A stretch of DNA of 54,517 nucleotides, the filler included, from Bipalium vagum (taxonomy: Eukaryota): the NCBI GenBank assembly GCA_037834085.1. It is 3 parts of 3 records of this genome, joined end to end, with 100 filler letters (N's around TTAATTAATTAA, not from the genome) between each part and the next. Parts side by side here need not be neighbours in the genome. Positions count along the whole stretch, not along the records: positions 18,625 to 38,313 come from JBBMKC010270001.1; 2 more parts are not named here. One strand, 5' to 3'. The translations under genes were made by a program, and so were the position numbers. The notes under the pieces are model-generated. The model ran no database searches. It had not been told where the DNA came from and saw nothing but the letters and a program-made list of their open reading frames with translations. How positions within the stretch are numbered: position 1 is the first letter of the stretch; every line of letters starts with the position of its first letter. This document shows, piece after piece, positions 24,718 through 38,081 of the stretch.

Positions 24718-26538
24718 CTGAAACGCCAATGATTTTTATCATCGGCAGCTCATGCGCTGTGGTTCTGGCACTTATATTTGCATTTATTATATTCTGTATC
24801 ATCAAAACCTCGAAAAATCATTCTTTCACAATTGTCCATCGCCCAGTTTATGCAAAAGGTAATTCTTTAATATATAATATATAATATGATAATAATAAAA
24901 ATAATAATAATAATTTAGTATACTCTCTGTAATTTAATGTTCCAACTACTACAATAACAGCTAAATTGCTTAATTATTTATTTTTACTTCTGTATATCAT
25001 TATTGTTTTTTCTAAATGTCGATTAAATGTGAAGAAATATATATTTTATGTTTATTTTTATGATTGATAATGGACTTGATAATTACATATTTTAGCAGTA
25101 TATAAAATAAATAATAATAAATATAATTTACAAAATTTAATTTCAATAAAATCTGTCTTCTATAGAATGTTATAGTTTATTGCCTCACATATTCGTATAT
25201 CATTCAATTCTGTCACATTCGATCAATATAAAAGGCTCTTCGAAAACGTCGAAATAATAAAAATTAGTTCAAAGAACGGAAGGTATCAATAGACGAACAA
25301 TTTGCTTGTGGTGGATTCTACAATTTGCCATCAAGATGGTCAAAAATCAAATCCAGCAATAGAAATTATTTTGATTAAAATAAAATTTACCATTTCTTAG
25401 AAATAAGTTTTTTTTTCCTAAAGAAATTCAAAAATTAATTTGTACAACCAATAATTTGATATGAATTGAACACGTTATCATATGTTTATAAGTTATATTT
25501 GTACCAATCAAACAGTATTAACATTTCGGTTATCCATGAGGCTTTTCTTTAAGAATCGGACGGAGAATCGAGTTATGATCAATGGATATCGTTATAGAAC
25601 AATGATCAAAGATTATAATTATTTATTTGAAAAAATTGATAACCTTGAACCAAACGAGATATGTTTTCAACAGGATGGTGCCATGTACCATACTGCCACT
25701 GAAACAATAAACATTTTGTGAACCCAATTTAGTGATAAATTTATTTCCAGACATGGATCTGCCAATTTTCCTCCTAGAACTTGTGATTTGACTCCTCTTG
25801 ATTATTTCTTGTGGGAATATTTGAAGTCGTTGGTGTATACTGACCAAACAAAATCTATTGACAAACTGGAAGCAAGCTTTTCTCAAGTCATAAAGGAAAT
25901 AAGACCAGAAATGCTGGAAAAGTGTGCAAAAACTGAAACTACACTATTGGCGTTTGTTAAGAACAGCCAAGGTGGCCATATGAGCGATATAATTTTCAAT
26001 AAAAAATGGCATATTCATTAATGGCAATACATTCTTTTTGAAATAAAATATAATTTTCTGTAAAAATTGTTTTCCTTGTTTCTAATCGCAAAAAAATTTT
26101 TATTGAGTCTAAAAAAACACCCTATATTTTCTAATTATATAAAATTATTAATAATAAAATTTTGTAGACATAATTTTGTGAAAAATGTCAATGAGCGTTG
26201 TTTTATTTTGGTAATAGCTCACTTCTATTTTACTTTTCTCCATTTTATTTAATTTACTAATCCTTTTATCAGATAATAATTTAGGCCATATGATGACACC
26301 TTGTCATTCGACATTAAATCAAGAACATTTTGGCTCAGGTTTTTCCAATTCTTATATCGACGGAATGGGGGATTTTGGAAACTTGGATTTCATGCAAATG
26401 TCCACGAAGAACAATTACGATGTTCCATGTCCGAGTGGCCCCCAATCTATGATAAACAACATATCAGGAATCTATCTCGACTCCAACTTCAATTACTATC
26501 AAACAAATACCAAAGATATGAAAACTATTCCAGAGATG
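24718..26538 (+). CDS. Partial gene: transmembrane exon and cytoplasmic exon of an unidentified type I membrane protein
   Basis: Exon 24718-24858 (tttcag|...|gtaatt, phase 1-1) encodes ETPMIFIIGSSCAVVLALIFAFIIFCIIKTSK; exon 26273-26538 (ttttatcag|...|gtaata) continues in phase with DNNLGHMMTP...NNYDVPCP...IPEM. Upstream and terminal exons not established. Confidence 0.65.
25520..26124 (+). mobile_element. DD41D (rosa-type) Tc1/mariner element, 3' half
   Basis: FQQDGAMYHT...FPPRTCDLTPLDYFLWEYLKSLVY with 41 residues between the last two Asp; QGGHMSDIIF C-terminus; TIR end AAAAAACACCCTA|TA. Confidence 0.85.
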
Positions 26539-26769
26539 GTAATAATATGCTTTCAAATCTTAAAAGTTAAAAGTCTAAATTAAAAAATTTCTCATAATAT
26601 TTTAATTTATATATTTTTGAAGATTGCGGTTACTATTTAGTTTATGTATAAGTCCTGTCGTTTTATTAATAATAATACTAATACTACTACTACTAATAAT
26701 AATAATAATAATAATAAAATTGTAAAACATACACGGTATGTTATATAAGTAACCGAGCTCTTGATTTAA

Positions 26770-27248
26770 ATCATATACTAAAAGTTAATGGGGAATATTA
26801 TTTAAATTTTTAACATATTTGGAGTCAAGAATTGTTCGGGTTAGACCGAGATATCAAGAAGAAAACCAGTTGTTTTTATTGCACAATAATAGCCAGCCTC
26901 ATAAGACCATAAAAGTTAGAATTTTTCATCAAAAAAATTTTTTTGTATAGTTGGACATCTACTTTATTCGCCGGATCTATCACCATGCGACTATCTTCGA
27001 TTCCAAAAACTGAAATTGGTAGTGAAAAGTGTATTTTATGATGATATTCAAGCAGCTTTAACACGATTGCTCAAGAAAATTAATTTAAATAACTATGAAA
27101 AATTTATACACACACTGGCTGACTGTGCCATATGTTGTATGGAATCCCACTGAACCTAGTTTGAATAATTATAATCTATCATGGACAATATAATGTGTAT
27201 TTTACTGTGTATCAATAAAGTTCGGTTATTCATATAACAAGCTGGGTA
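26770..27248 (+). mobile_element. Mariner 3' fragment
   Basis: VNGEYY, RIVRVRPRYQEENQLFLLHNNSQPHK and YSPDLSPCD on the plus strand. Confidence 0.7.
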
Positions 27249-27269
27249 GATATTTAGTCTCGTTGAATA

Positions 27270-27589
27270 TTAGGTTCGTGAGTAAGTAATTTTACCCGGA
27301 TATTATTTTAAAAAAATTTTATTTTCAGTTCGTGAAAATAGACTAAAAAATTTTTTTTATGACATACATTATTGTTTGATTATAAATAAGGAGCAAAATC
27401 AACAGAGATCTCTAAAATTAAATGCTCAGTTTATGGAAAAGCAGCTATTGCTAAAAGAACCTTGCAAAAGTGGCTTTCCTGATTTATAAATCACAATTTA
27501 GAATTAGGTAATGAGCCGCGTTTTGGAAGAAGATTTGATGTCGATGAAAGCTACCTAAATCAATTATTGTGTCAATTATGCATCAACCC
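27270..27589 (+). mobile_element. Mariner 5' fragment
   Basis: TTAGGTTCG TIR start; RHTLLFDYK...VYGKAAIAKRTLQKWL...NEPRFGR HTH region; ends at a (TAA)n tract. Confidence 0.7.

Positions 27590-27658
<69 letters not shown>
27590..27658. repeat. (TAA)n microsatellite
   Basis: About 23 perfect units. Confidence 0.97.
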
Positions 27659-28458
27659 CTTTATCTTATTTAAAATAAAAATAATGATAATAATAGGTTC
27701 TAAAAAACCAAATGACACTTTCAATTTTTTTTAATTATAATGTTTCCAGTTATATTTAAAAAGTAGAAAAAATATGAGTACTAAAGAAATGTTAATTATA
27801 TTTTGAAATGAAGTTTTATGAGAAATTGGTACAGTAATAGTAGAAGTCATTCTTTTATATATTATACTTATTTAGACGTATTGGCCTCCCAATCTAAAAT
27901 AAATAATTGACAATAAATTTTTATTAACAACTAAAATGTATCATACCAATTCAAAGAAACACCATTTCCATTGTTCTCTACAATACTGTTATTTATTACA
28001 ACTCTAAAATAGAAAAAATAAATAATAAGATAATAATAATACTTGGTTTTGTGATATATTATTATTTCACCGACACAAAAGATATTCCTTGTTATATGTC
28101 TTGCTTTTGTTTGAAATAAATGAATGAAAAATTTTAATTGGTATTCTCCATGAATTGAAGGCCTAAAATAATCTGAATATTATTAATTAATAAACTGGAA
28201 TATTAATATAAAAATGATGAAAAATCAAGAAATATTATTTATTAAACTTTAGTTGTTTTATTGAAATGAAGTTAACTTTTGTAATTGAGTTAATCGATTT
28301 TATTAATTGTAATTTAATTTTATTCCAAAATATTCATCTTTCTACCAGATGACTCATGAGTGACTTTCCTATTTAAAAATGTTATCAAAATTTTGTTAAT
28401 AAACTCCTTTTTAGTTTCTAATATTTTCAGTAAATAAAATGAAATTTATTTCAAATTA

Positions 28459-29656
28459 CGTGGTTCGTTCAATAATGCCCCGGACTGTCTAGGAAAAACA
28501 TGATAATCCAATCAAGCTAATTGGATTGAACACCTACACGTATGTTTGTTTACATACACAAATTAAATAATCTGATTGACCGACGTTTAATTCATAAACT
28601 AACTCACATTTTATTTTTTGTCAAATGAATGAGGCGGAATGCAGAGGTGTGATAAAATTATATGTGCTTTTAAAGAAGTCATCTGATGTAATATTTCGTG
28701 ATATGGCAATTGCATATGGCAATCAGAAAATTACGCAATGTGAGGGGATTATTCGAGCTGAAAAACGAATTAAGATGGATGAAATTGCTGAATTACTTAA
28801 AACAAGTGTTGGTTGTTGTCACAACAACATTGAGAAATAAGGCTATCGCAAATTATGCTCACTATTTGTTCCAAAGTTTCTGTCTCCTGACATGAAGGAA
28901 ATGCGCCTCAACTGCACATTGTCAAATTTGCAACTGTTGAATCAATACGATGATGCATTTATTAATAATATTGTTACTGAGGACGAGACACCTCTTTATA
29001 CTTACCATAAACCAAACGGGAATCATTTGAATTGAGACATTTAGAAGAGAAACCTCTTCTGAAGATGAGAAGTGGCACCTCACATCGAAAAAAACTGATG
29101 CTCTCAGTGTTTTGGGACAAAAATGGAGTCATTCATCTAGACTTCTTGCCTAATGGACAAACAATAAATGGTCAATAATATGCCAAATTGGTTGAGGAAT
29201 GCCGTTCAAAGAAACGGAATTCAAGAAATGCTCCACTTTCGCTTCTTGTTGATAATGCTCCTGTCCACGCAAGCAATGTTTCACGGTATTCAACAGAAAA
29301 GATTGGTTTTGCACTTCTTCAATATCCAACTTACTGCCCGGATTTTGCTCCGAGTGATTTATTTTTGTTCAAGCACCTGAAGAAAGCATTACGTGGCCAT
29401 CATTTTGAGACATCAGATGCACTCAAGCAATTTGTTGAACAGTGATTTGCAGAGCTTCCTAGACATTTATATGCTGATGCATTTAAAGATTTGCTTATTC
29501 TATGGAATAAGCGGCTTGCTGCCAATGGTAGTTATATAGAAAAATAATTAAATATGTTTTCGAACTAGGACTTCATGTAGTTCAATAAAAGTTGTTTTAG
29601 TTTTTTGTATTGTGTGTTTTTCTTAGTTAGTCAGAGGTATTACTGAACCAACCACG
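28459..29656 (+). mobile_element. Mariner (DD34D) transposon, both TIRs, transposase pseudogene
   Basis: TA|CGTGGTTCGTTCAATAATGCCCCGGACT ... AGTCAGAGGTATTACTGAACCAACCACG|TA; MNEAECRGVIK, IVTEDETPLY, KLMLSVFWDKNGVIHLDFLP, LLVDNAPVH, YPTYCPDFAPSDLFLF; deletions and frameshifts. Confidence 0.93.
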
Positions 29657-29699
29657 TATTTTTAAAAAATTATATCGCATAAATAATTCTCATTTTTCA

Positions 29700-30480
29700 T
29701 TTTGCCAATGGAAGTTACTTTAAAACATTTTCCATGGCAGCTGGTAGAATGTTTTAATGCAGTTCCTGGAAATCTGTGTGAATGCTGTCCTTTAGCTGCA
29801 GGCAGTTTTTGGCTTCTGAACATTCACCTTGTTTCAGATAGACTCAAAGGAAAACATCTATTAGGTCAGACAAATGTGGAGGCCATTGAAAATTTGACTT
29901 TCCTGAAATTTCACTTTCTAAAGAACTTCTTTTAATATTTCTTTTTTGTTTCTCTGGTAATGTGAACAGTTGCTTCATCTTGTTGTAATCATGTTTAAAA
30001 CATCATCTATTTCTGAGCACACAAAAATTTTTATTTTTCGATATAGCTAGCCTTCGGTTACAGCTGCGTTTCCTTTGTCATCCTCAAAAAAGAGAGGGCC
30101 GATTATCTTTTCAGATTTTACGCAGTATCATTTTTTATGGGTATATATATATATATAACTCTCTTAGTATGCACTTAAATCTATTATATTTCGACGTCTT
30201 CGAGTAGATAAATGAGTCTTTCAGAATATTGTCTTGTACATAGATAGCATATTTTGAGGATGTAGTAAAATTGGTTTTCTAGGTCTTTCTAAATTTTTAA
30301 CAGAACCATGTTGATGGATGTGTTTGTCCAGGCTACATTTTTCTGATTTTAGGATATCTAATATATCTTATTAAAATAATGGAACATCGGTTTTAGTAAT
30401 AGAATTCATTAATTGTTATTCATTGTTTTATGGTAAAATATTTCAATATTAAATTTGCACGAAGTAAAATTTAAAAATCT
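29700..30480 (-). mobile_element. DD41D-like transposase fragment
   Basis: Minus strand KIIGPLFFEDDKGNAAVT and LQQDEATVHITRET. Confidence 0.6.
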
Positions 30481-30559
30481 CTAAAAGAAAATACAATTTT
30501 TCTGTAAAAATTAATTATTCAATTTCTATTTTCGGAAGAAAATTTGAATTTTCTTAAGA

Positions 30560-30932
30560 ATGAATTCATGGGGACAACTAATTTTGAACATTTTCGTACG
30601 AGTTGAATTGTACATCTTCCAGAGAAAGTGTCATTGACCTGAATAAATGAAAATCTGTTGGAGCTATTCACTATCTTCAAACTCTTTCGGCCGACTTTGT
30701 CTTTTTTATCATTCAAATCGATGTCGACTGATTTAAATCATGTAAACCAGAGTTTGCAGTTTGATAACGGTGAAACCTCATTAGCATATATTTCCTCAAG
30801 CGTTTGATGTGCTTCCGATAATGATTTCATCACATCGAATAATATCATCAATATGTGCTTGAAATGTAATTTTGATCTTTTCATTTATTGCGCATTTTAG
30901 ATTTATTTAAACAAAGCGTATTTTACAACCTG
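30560..30932 (-). mobile_element. Mariner 5' fragment
   Basis: Minus strand TA|CAGGTTGT start; LHFKHILMILF...SEAHQTLEEIYA...CKLWF.FKSVDIDLNDK HTH region. Confidence 0.7.
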
Positions 30933-31343
30933 TAGAAAATTACATTAAATATTGATATATGTAAAATGAATTGTTATTTTGACTTTTTTACAAATATAAC
31001 TAACGTTATTGATTATTTCAATTGTAAACCAGAATTAATGCACCTCCTAATAAACAAAATATTTTTCTCTACATTTTAATTTCATTTGTTACTGCTAATA
31101 TGTGTTAATTATTATGTTCTGTTCATCAGATAAAGCTATAATTTATTATATAAATTATATTTTCTTATTATTATTGACAATTATTTAATTAATCTCACCA
31201 AAAAATAATTGTTTGAATCAATCTTTCCAACAAAATATTTTTTTGTGATTAAATATTTTCCAATCTGGCTATTTTATTAATTGTAACAAATTAATTAATG
31301 AATTAAAATTGTTAAAATCAGATTAATAAATATCCGTTTCAAG

Positions 31344-31403
31344 GCAATTCTGAAGCCAGAACGTATTGAAAGCCAAATGTTTAACATCCTTGCCCGTCTC
31401 ACG
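31344..31403 (+). CDS. Candidate 60-nt internal exon (AILKPERIESQMFNILARLT), possibly continuing the membrane-protein tail
   Basis: tttcaag| ... |gtttat boundaries, phase 0-0 (compatible with the exon ending at 26538), GC-richer than flanks; only one plus frame is open. Confidence 0.3.
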
Positions 31404-32751
31404 GTTTATTATTATTATTATTTTCTTTTCAAAAATTTATTCAGTTTTATAAAATTTCAATAAGAATTTCCCCAATTTTTGTGAAATTCCCAAAGAAACT
31501 CAGTGATATTTTTTCTAATCTTTTCTTGATTTTTTGGTTTTGGAATTTGTACAAAAAAAGAATTCTAAACACTAATTCAAATAGAGACAAAATTTGATTA
31601 ATTGAAAAATAAATTAATTTTATTACTTTTAAATCACATAAATTTATTGAACATTTGACTTTTAGTTCGATAATTAAATTATTATTTTACAGCAATTAAT
31701 TGATTTTAATTATTTTGAGTACTCGGGAGTTTCATTCTCAATTATCCTTTTAATTGTTTTATCTACTTTTCGAAAAATTCATTAAATGTCTCAATCAAAT
31801 TTAATAATTAATAATTTTTCACTAATTTTTTTTTAATTGAATTTTTTTTGATTGATCTTTAATTTTCTTTATTAATTTACAACACTATTATATCTATTAT
31901 ATTACATTGAATATTATAATATATTAATAAAAAATATTAAAAAAAAAACAAATATATATTAGTAATCCTTATGAATTATATTATTATTATTTTTTCAAAT
32001 ATTATATCAAAATATAAAAAAGTTAATAAGGGAAGTATCTTTTTTCTAATAAAAACAGACAGGTTTTCATTAAATATTAAAAGTCCAAATATTAGTATAT
32101 TTTCTTACTGAGCTTCTTTGCCAGGAGAATGTAAGGGAATCTAACTCAATGGAAGAAATTTGTTAAGTAAATGAAAAAAATAAATATTATTATATATTAT
32201 TTACTTAGCTTTCCTCAACAATGGGAGCAAATGCTTACATTTTGATGTTAGTTAATAAAAACTTTTAGAGGCCTCCTTTTTTGTTTTCAAAGGTTTAAGT
32301 TTAGTTCGTATGACTTAGGTTTTGGAGTTTATGTATACTCCTCTAAGTGACAGTAATTCATTAAATTTCTCTCTTCTGAATACCTTTTAATGCCGAAACA
32401 AAAGTTATTTTCATTAAACTCTTGTGACTATCGTTATTATTATTATTATACTTATTAATAACTACGCCCACGGAAAAATATGAACTATAAAAACTGTAGG
32501 AATACATGGAATGAAAACCTTAAAAGTAGTCCTCAAGAACTTTGTTGCCATAGTATGGTGTACTCAATGATAATTAATATCATTTTCTCATAAGACATAA
32601 GAAGGTATGTATCGTATTCAATTCATGACCAAACTGTACCGTTTTATAAAATTCCTATTAATATTTCACTGATATGCAATGTATTTCTATTCTGTGTGTA
32701 ATTTTTCTTAAAATTAAATTGAATAATAAAAATAAAAAATAAATATTACTA

Positions 32752-32802
<51 letters not shown>
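32752..32802. repeat. (TAA)n microsatellite
   Basis: About 17 perfect units. Confidence 0.95.
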
Positions 32803-33111
32803 CGTCATTTTTATTCCAATTTATTTCCTGTGTTACATAAATTATTTAATTTTTAATTTCTTAATTAATAATTATTTATTATATTTAAAATATTAAAATT
32901 TAAATAAAAGTCCAATATTATTTAAAATGCTAAAACTGAACGATGAAAATTGATTTCTACTTGAAAAATGTTGATAATTATTTTGACCGTAATAATAAAT
33001 TAGATCGTTTAAAACCAACTACCAAAAATTAAATTAAACAAAGGTCTCTTGTTTGTTTGAATAAATTTCCATAAACCAAATTTTTTTATTTATTTTTTTT
33101 CCGTTCAAAAG

Positions 33112-33194
33112 GACCAGCAGCATTCTCAAAATATTTATCAAAGACGCTCAGAATTGGTCGAAGGTCAAATTTCTCTTTTGGAAGGCGCCAACGA
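33112..33194 (+). CDS. Candidate 83-nt exon, reading frame unresolved
   Basis: Polypyrimidine tract + aag acceptor, gtaaga donor, GC-richer than flanks, all three plus frames open. Confidence 0.35.
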
Positions 33195-33796
33195 GTAAGA
33201 AAATCATAATTTTTGTTAATTATTATAATTAAAATCCTTTTTAATTTTAACTGATTTGTTTAAATCCATGGAAAACTTTTAAAGAAAATTATTCGGCAAT
33301 ATTTTAATTATAGGTGTCGGTGCAAAATTATTAACAAGATTTTAAAATAATAAAATTGAAATAAAAATTTTTAATAATTTATGTTAATTTTTTCATTAAT
33401 TAATTATAAAGGAAAAATAAATTTATTAATTTTATTAAATTATAATTACCAATTAATTGATAATTTTTTTTTAAGTTAACAAGATCAATGGAGATTATTA
33501 ATAATAACGGTGGTCCTAATTAAAAAATTATTTGGAAGTAATATAATTAATTAACAATATTATCTTATTTTTATTTAAAGTGGTCGTTGAAGGTATGAAT
33601 GACAGGTAAATAATTGAGCTTAGATTGGGTTTGTTGGAATAAACACTAAATGATGAGTTCAGGTTGTATTCACGAAAGAAAAAAGTTGTGGATTTTGTCA
33701 GCGATTTCAACAAATTCAGACATTGTTTAAAGATTTTATTGATTTGATAACAAATAATAATAGTTAAACAAATTTATAAAATCAATAAATTAATAT

Positions 33797-34440
33797 ACTA
33801 GGTCATCCAAAAAGTTTCTTGGCAGAAAATGTTTAAAAAATTCAAGAAACTATTTACAAAATACATTTTAATTACACATTAATTTATTCATGAAAGTAAA
33901 CTCCATCAACCTCAATAACCCAGTGCCATCGTTCTACAAGTAATCTGGTCTAATTACAAGCTTCTTCAACTTGAGCGGAACAAGCCATAATCTAAAGGAG
34001 TTATATCGGGACTATAGCCAAATTGTGCATCAGTCAAATCATAAGGATCAAGCCGAGGATTTTTGAGAAAGTAACCATGCTATTTCAAGTGATTATGGAT
34101 TATTTGCTTTGTCAAAAGAACTGATGCCAAATCATTTGTGCTTGAGTGAAATAGTTCTTCTAAAATATCACAAAGCTCTTTCTTGTTTACTACAGTTGGC
34201 CTTCCTGATCTAGGTTTACCGTGGAGGCTGACATCACCTCTGTTGAAAACCTGAAACCATTCAGCAGCAGTAGACTTCATTACTCTGCTTTCACTTTCAA
34301 CACAGAAATTTTCTATAACACCTTCCCTAGTAGACAAACATTTCTTCCAGTTATGGCGTAGCAAAACTCAAATTGCAGTTTTTCATCTGACATTTCTATA
34401 AAGACTAAACAACAACTAGTAGTATGGTGGTGTTTCATAA
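33797..34440 (-). mobile_element. Mariner, internally deleted
   Basis: Minus ORF 34080-34364 (AEWFQVFNRGDVSLHGKPRSGRP), YSPDITPLDY near 33990-34020, TIR-like CTAGGTCATCCAAAAAGTT at the left end. Confidence 0.75.
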
Positions 34441-35945
34441 TTTCATTGATTAATTTATAACGTACCAGATGTGTCAGTTGTGCTATTAATAGATCCTAAT
34501 AATAGTATTTAATATCAACATCCTTTTTAAATATTGGGCACTTAATAAAACTTTTAAAATTCTAAAATGTTTTAATACTCACAGCCTAAATTATTAGTTA
34601 AATATATTTTCGGTATAAACTTGAATGGGTTATTCAAGTAATACGTAGGCAGGTGGGAAATTTTGTGAGATCTGATACTTGACAAAAACAAACCAAACCA
34701 AAAATGCAATTATTTTTTACTTACAATATGAGTGAAACGAACGCAAGATTATTCCATAAACCAACAATTGATGTTTCCAGTTTCTTTTCAATATGACTCT
34801 TTCAAAAAATATCTTAATAAAAACAAAATAAAAAATACATTTTTATGTAACAGTTTTACTTGCTCCATCTGCTTTTTTTTCTTTACGCATTTTTTTTATT
34901 TTTCACCAGCCTCTCTTTCATCCCCAACGTGTATATGTAATATTTTTCTTTTAACCAACCGCATACTTATTAATAAACATTATTTACATTTCTACATCAT
35001 TTCATTGTGTCAAAATACTAATGGTATTCTTTTATGAAGTATAGCAATATTGTTTATAATCTTCTGAAAATATAATATATTTCATATAATTTTTTTATTA
35101 ATTTATTATTAATTAATTTTATATTATCATTATATTTATATAATTAATTTAATAGTGATTGATCAATAAAATTATCTAATATTACTTTATTTATGAAAAA
35201 ATATATTTTTAAATCAATTCTAATGATTGATCTTAATTTTTTAATAAATTATATAATATTTGTAAATATAAAAAATATTTTAAACGCGCTTAAAAATTCA
35301 GAATTTTTGACAATTTTTATTAAAAAAAAATTTTGATTTATTAATTTTAAAATAATCCTTAAATAATTTTTAATGTTCTTTTGTGAAAGAAAAAATATTG
35401 ATGAAAAATGTGTATGTGTTAAATAATATTAAATAATATATACAATATATATTTTTCAACAGAAATAGCAAAAATCCTTATAATTAGAGTTAAACAAGAA
35501 TAATAAAACCATTATTGAGGATTATTAAATAATGTAATTATTTTAATTAGAAAAATAAAAAATGATAATTAATTATTATTAAATAAGAAAATACAAGTAG
35601 TACATTGCAAAGAAAGAGTTTTCAATATTCTGGGTCAATGAATTCATGCGAAGCAAATGGGATCTAATTATGCTTATTAATCAAATATGTTTTCAAGGGG
35701 AAACAGTGTAATTTTGTTTATTATCTCTGTGGGATTTTCCTTTGATAATTTGATATTTTGGTACGTAAATAAAATAATTTGTTATCTGCCCTCTTAATGA
35801 ATTTTATGACTGTATGACAAAATCGTATCAGTCAAACAAATAGGGAAATATAATGAAATTAAATATTATTTATTATTTTTCTTTAAATAAATGAAAATTT
35901 TGTTTGAAAAATCTTTAGGATTTGTATGATATGATAAATTTTGAT

Positions 35946-35979
<34 letters not shown>

Positions 35980-36374
35980 TTTGAAATAATTTTTAATATT
36001 TATTATAAAGATAAAATAAATATAATTTGATATCTCAGTGAAATTCCTCAAAAGAAATCTCAAATTAGTCCATAAAATAACCATTCAAGCAATGGGCAGT
36101 AAAATTAAGTCTTCAAAACTTGTCAGAAAAAAGGGAAAAAATATTAATATTTAGAATATTTTAATATATTATTCTACAAGTATAATGGGATTATATTAAT
36201 ATTTATATTTTAAAGTCAGTGATCAAAAATCGATTATATTAAATTATGAAATATATAAATTTCGTTGAAAATAATTAATAAATTAATATAATATCAATTA
36301 GAGATCGATTAGATTAATTCTGAATGATTTTTTATCATTATATATATTATATTGGTTTCTTTGTTCATTAATTG

Positions 36375-36376
<2 letters not shown>

Positions 36377-36415
<39 letters not shown>
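36377..36415. repeat. (TTA)n microsatellite
   Basis: About 12 units. Confidence 0.9.
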
Positions 36416-36416
<1 letters not shown>

Positions 36417-37051
36417 ATTATTATTTTTATTATTATTTTAATATTAAAACAATTTTGATTATACTAAATATTTTATCTGGAAATATTGATAATAAAATAT
36501 AACAATCAGCATTAGTCTTATTAATTTTATATCTTAGAGAAAGAATAAATGTTATTTGAAAGTGTTTTTTCTTCAATGTTTACAGCAATAGAGAGAAGCA
36601 TAACTGATAAGTATTTGGCTGAGAAAAAGAAGTGTAAACATATTTATAAACTGCCCATCATTTTATCATTAATGTTCCCCACAGCTCCTTAAAGATGTGG
36701 ACTGAACTGTCTCACCTGACCTCTTTAATTATTTTGTTTTCTTCAAGGAATAAATGACAATATTTAAAACTTTGCACAATAAACACAATAATGGATTCCA
36801 CTTTTCTTGTCAGTCAATTTTTATTCAGATTCCATTAAACGTCCATAAAAGCACCAAAAGTATTTAAAAATAATATTTTTATGTATTGTTCACCTAAGTC
36901 ATAATATTAAGTCATAATTAATAAGTCTTCCTTCATTTATCAATGAATTTTTAAAGAAAAATTATAAAAGTGATTAATAATTTTTTTTGTCTCTAATCTT
37001 AAATATCAAGTGATTTAAAATATAAAACCTGAGTATTTAGCCTAAACTGTA

Positions 37052-37560
37052 TTAGGTTCGCAGATAAAAACTTTCGATTTTTAAGAATAAAATTAAATTG
37101 TTTTTTATAGTTAGAAAAAGATTATTTTCAGTTTCAAATTTAAAAACATTTTTATTTACAACACGCATTTCAATCTACGATTCACTGCTGAAACTTCAAC
37201 AAGTCCAACAAATTTATGACACATGATTACAAGTTATGAAAAATGAATTGTTTATAACAATGTGGTGTACAAGAGATAATGGAGGCATAAAGACGATCCA
37301 CCCAAAGCAGCATCAAAGGCAGAATTGAACCCCCAAAAGTAATAATTTCAGTTTGACGAGATATCAGAGGTATCATGTATTGTGAGCCGCTGCCACCTGT
37401 CACAACGATCACTTCGGATGCATACTGCTTGAAATTAACAAAATCGCACCAGATAGTCGAAGAAAATGTCAAATCGATAATACATTGTTTTTCAGTAGGA
37501 CAATGCTAAACCTCATACATACACTTGGAACAAACTACTTAGATTTGGATGGGATTAATG
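37052..37560 (+). mobile_element. Mariner fragment
   Basis: TA|TTAGGTTCGCAGATAAAAACTTTCG TIR; KVIISV*RDIRGIMYCEPLP...TITSDAYC on the plus strand. Confidence 0.7.
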
Positions 37561-37619
37561 CTGTTCATTGATTTAAATAGAAACTTTAATGATATATTTA
37601 TTTCTTATTAATTTTTAGT

Positions 37620-38081
37620 GAAAATTATGCTACGGACTAATATCATAATTAGAAAGTGTTTACTTTACGATTTCAAAGTAGGCTTGAATCAGTAAAGCAA
37701 ATTTATAAAGGGTTTAGCAAGGGTGCAATCTGGGCTCGAAATGCCTAGTGATGGTTCAAGAGGTTCAGTAAAGAAAATGAGATCCTCGAAGATACCTCAG
37801 GAAGAAGACCAACAATTTTATTTGAGGAAGAGACTTTAGTTGAGCTTGTCGAGAATGGAGCCAACCAGATTTTTGTTGAAATTACAAAGTATCTAAAATG
37901 TAATAAGTCAACAGTAGACAAACAGCTTCACAAGTTAAACTATTCAAAGTAATGGCTTTCTCACCGACTTATTCCTGCAAACAAAATGGCTGGATTCAGT
38001 ATATGCTCAAATCTTTTTCAACGACACATGGAAGAACTTTTTTGAAATATGATCTTTACTTGTGATGAAAAGTGGGCACTA
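37620..38081 (+). mobile_element. Mariner 5' half, interrupted by a younger mariner
   Basis: IRKCLLYDFKVG, SGRRP, STVDKQLHKL, WLSHRL (WVPHEL motif) and FTCDEKWAL at the insertion point. Confidence 0.8.

Noticed and set aside
34725-34812. Minus-strand exon candidate with gtaagt donor as a continuation of the 50180 exon
   Set aside because: Phase does not match directly, no recognisable domain, and it lies across an assembly gap.
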